The notes below the pieces were generated by a model, which was not told the DNA's origin, searched no databases, and was given only the letters and a program-made list of their open reading frames with translations. Position numbers and translations under genes: made by a program. A stretch of DNA of 64,000 nt from Octopus sinensis (Eukaryota). Positions within the stretch are counted from its first letter, which is position 1; each line of letters begins with the position of its first letter. The stretch is taken from positions 41,726,001-41,790,000 of the forward strand of contig NC_042997.1 of the NCBI RefSeq assembly GCF_006345805.1, written 5' to 3'. Shown here piece by piece: positions 63,469 through 64,000 of this stretch.

Positions 63469-64000
63469 TTAAATTCAATTAAAAAAAAACTAGAACTGCA
63501 ATTCTACAAACCCATCAAATGGAAACTAAATGGTATTAAACATGGAGGCTCTATTTATATCAATATTCATTCAAATCTTGTGTGTCTATCATCTTTTCTA
63601 AAACATCCTCTTTGTTATGAAGTATATTCTCAATTTTAGTGGGGAAGGGGGGTTTAACATTAAAAAACAGAAATTTAAATTTTTTTTAAGAAATTTTCTT
63701 GAAATCTGTAGATTTTTCTCTAAGAATACCATAGTTTCTTTGAAATTTTTTGGCTGAAATTTACTTAAATTTCAGAAAACATATTCTCAAGCTTTAATAT
63801 GAAAACAAACTAATCTAAGAAAGAGTCCTTATTTAGCTTCACTTGCCATGTCCATGGGATTTGTAGCATTTGTTACCTTTTTCTCAAATAATATTTGACA
63901 AGAAGGATCTCTTATTACAGAAAAATCCTTAAACTAGCACTAGTTTTGGTATGTATAATTTTCTATGGTACATATAGAGCAAATATGAATGAGTTGTTGA

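Overview
AT-rich, repeat-dense eukaryotic DNA, most likely from an octopus (inferred from the SINE families, the [15 protein letters not shown]-type C2H2 fingers and the ankyrin/death-domain gene family; not database-checked). Apparently intact genes: the first two coding exons of NELF-B/COBRA1 (+, 60961-61006 and 62090-62981), a tRNA-Arg(UCG) gene (59767-59839) and a short C2H2 zinc-finger ORF (-, 53752-54330). About 28 kb (9007-36847) is a tandem array of eight complete 2.9-3.6 kb units plus a partial ninth. The units are built from dead ankyrin/RING-remnant/death-domain gene pieces (one genomic exon and one apparently spliced copy), a piggyBac 3' end and, in the first four units, an ORF1-like retroelement insert. 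A three-exon kinesin-14-like pseudogene lies on the minus strand (42535-49255). The rest is TE debris: RLE-type, RTE and Tx1-type LINEs, Gypsy integrases, piggyBac, Tc1-like and foldback MITEs, a Helentron-like element and SINEs. The most notable signals not explained by the ORF track are (i) a type-I hammerhead ribozyme motif inside a 178-nt retrozyme/Penelope-like unit with an inverted terminal copy (58479-58826), plus a second minimal hammerhead at 56574-56611, and (ii) three ORF1-only, RT-less retroelements, two ending in the same 3' tail as a Tx1-like LINE and a SINE and the third sharing a 3' UTR motif. All alignments and folds were done by eye.
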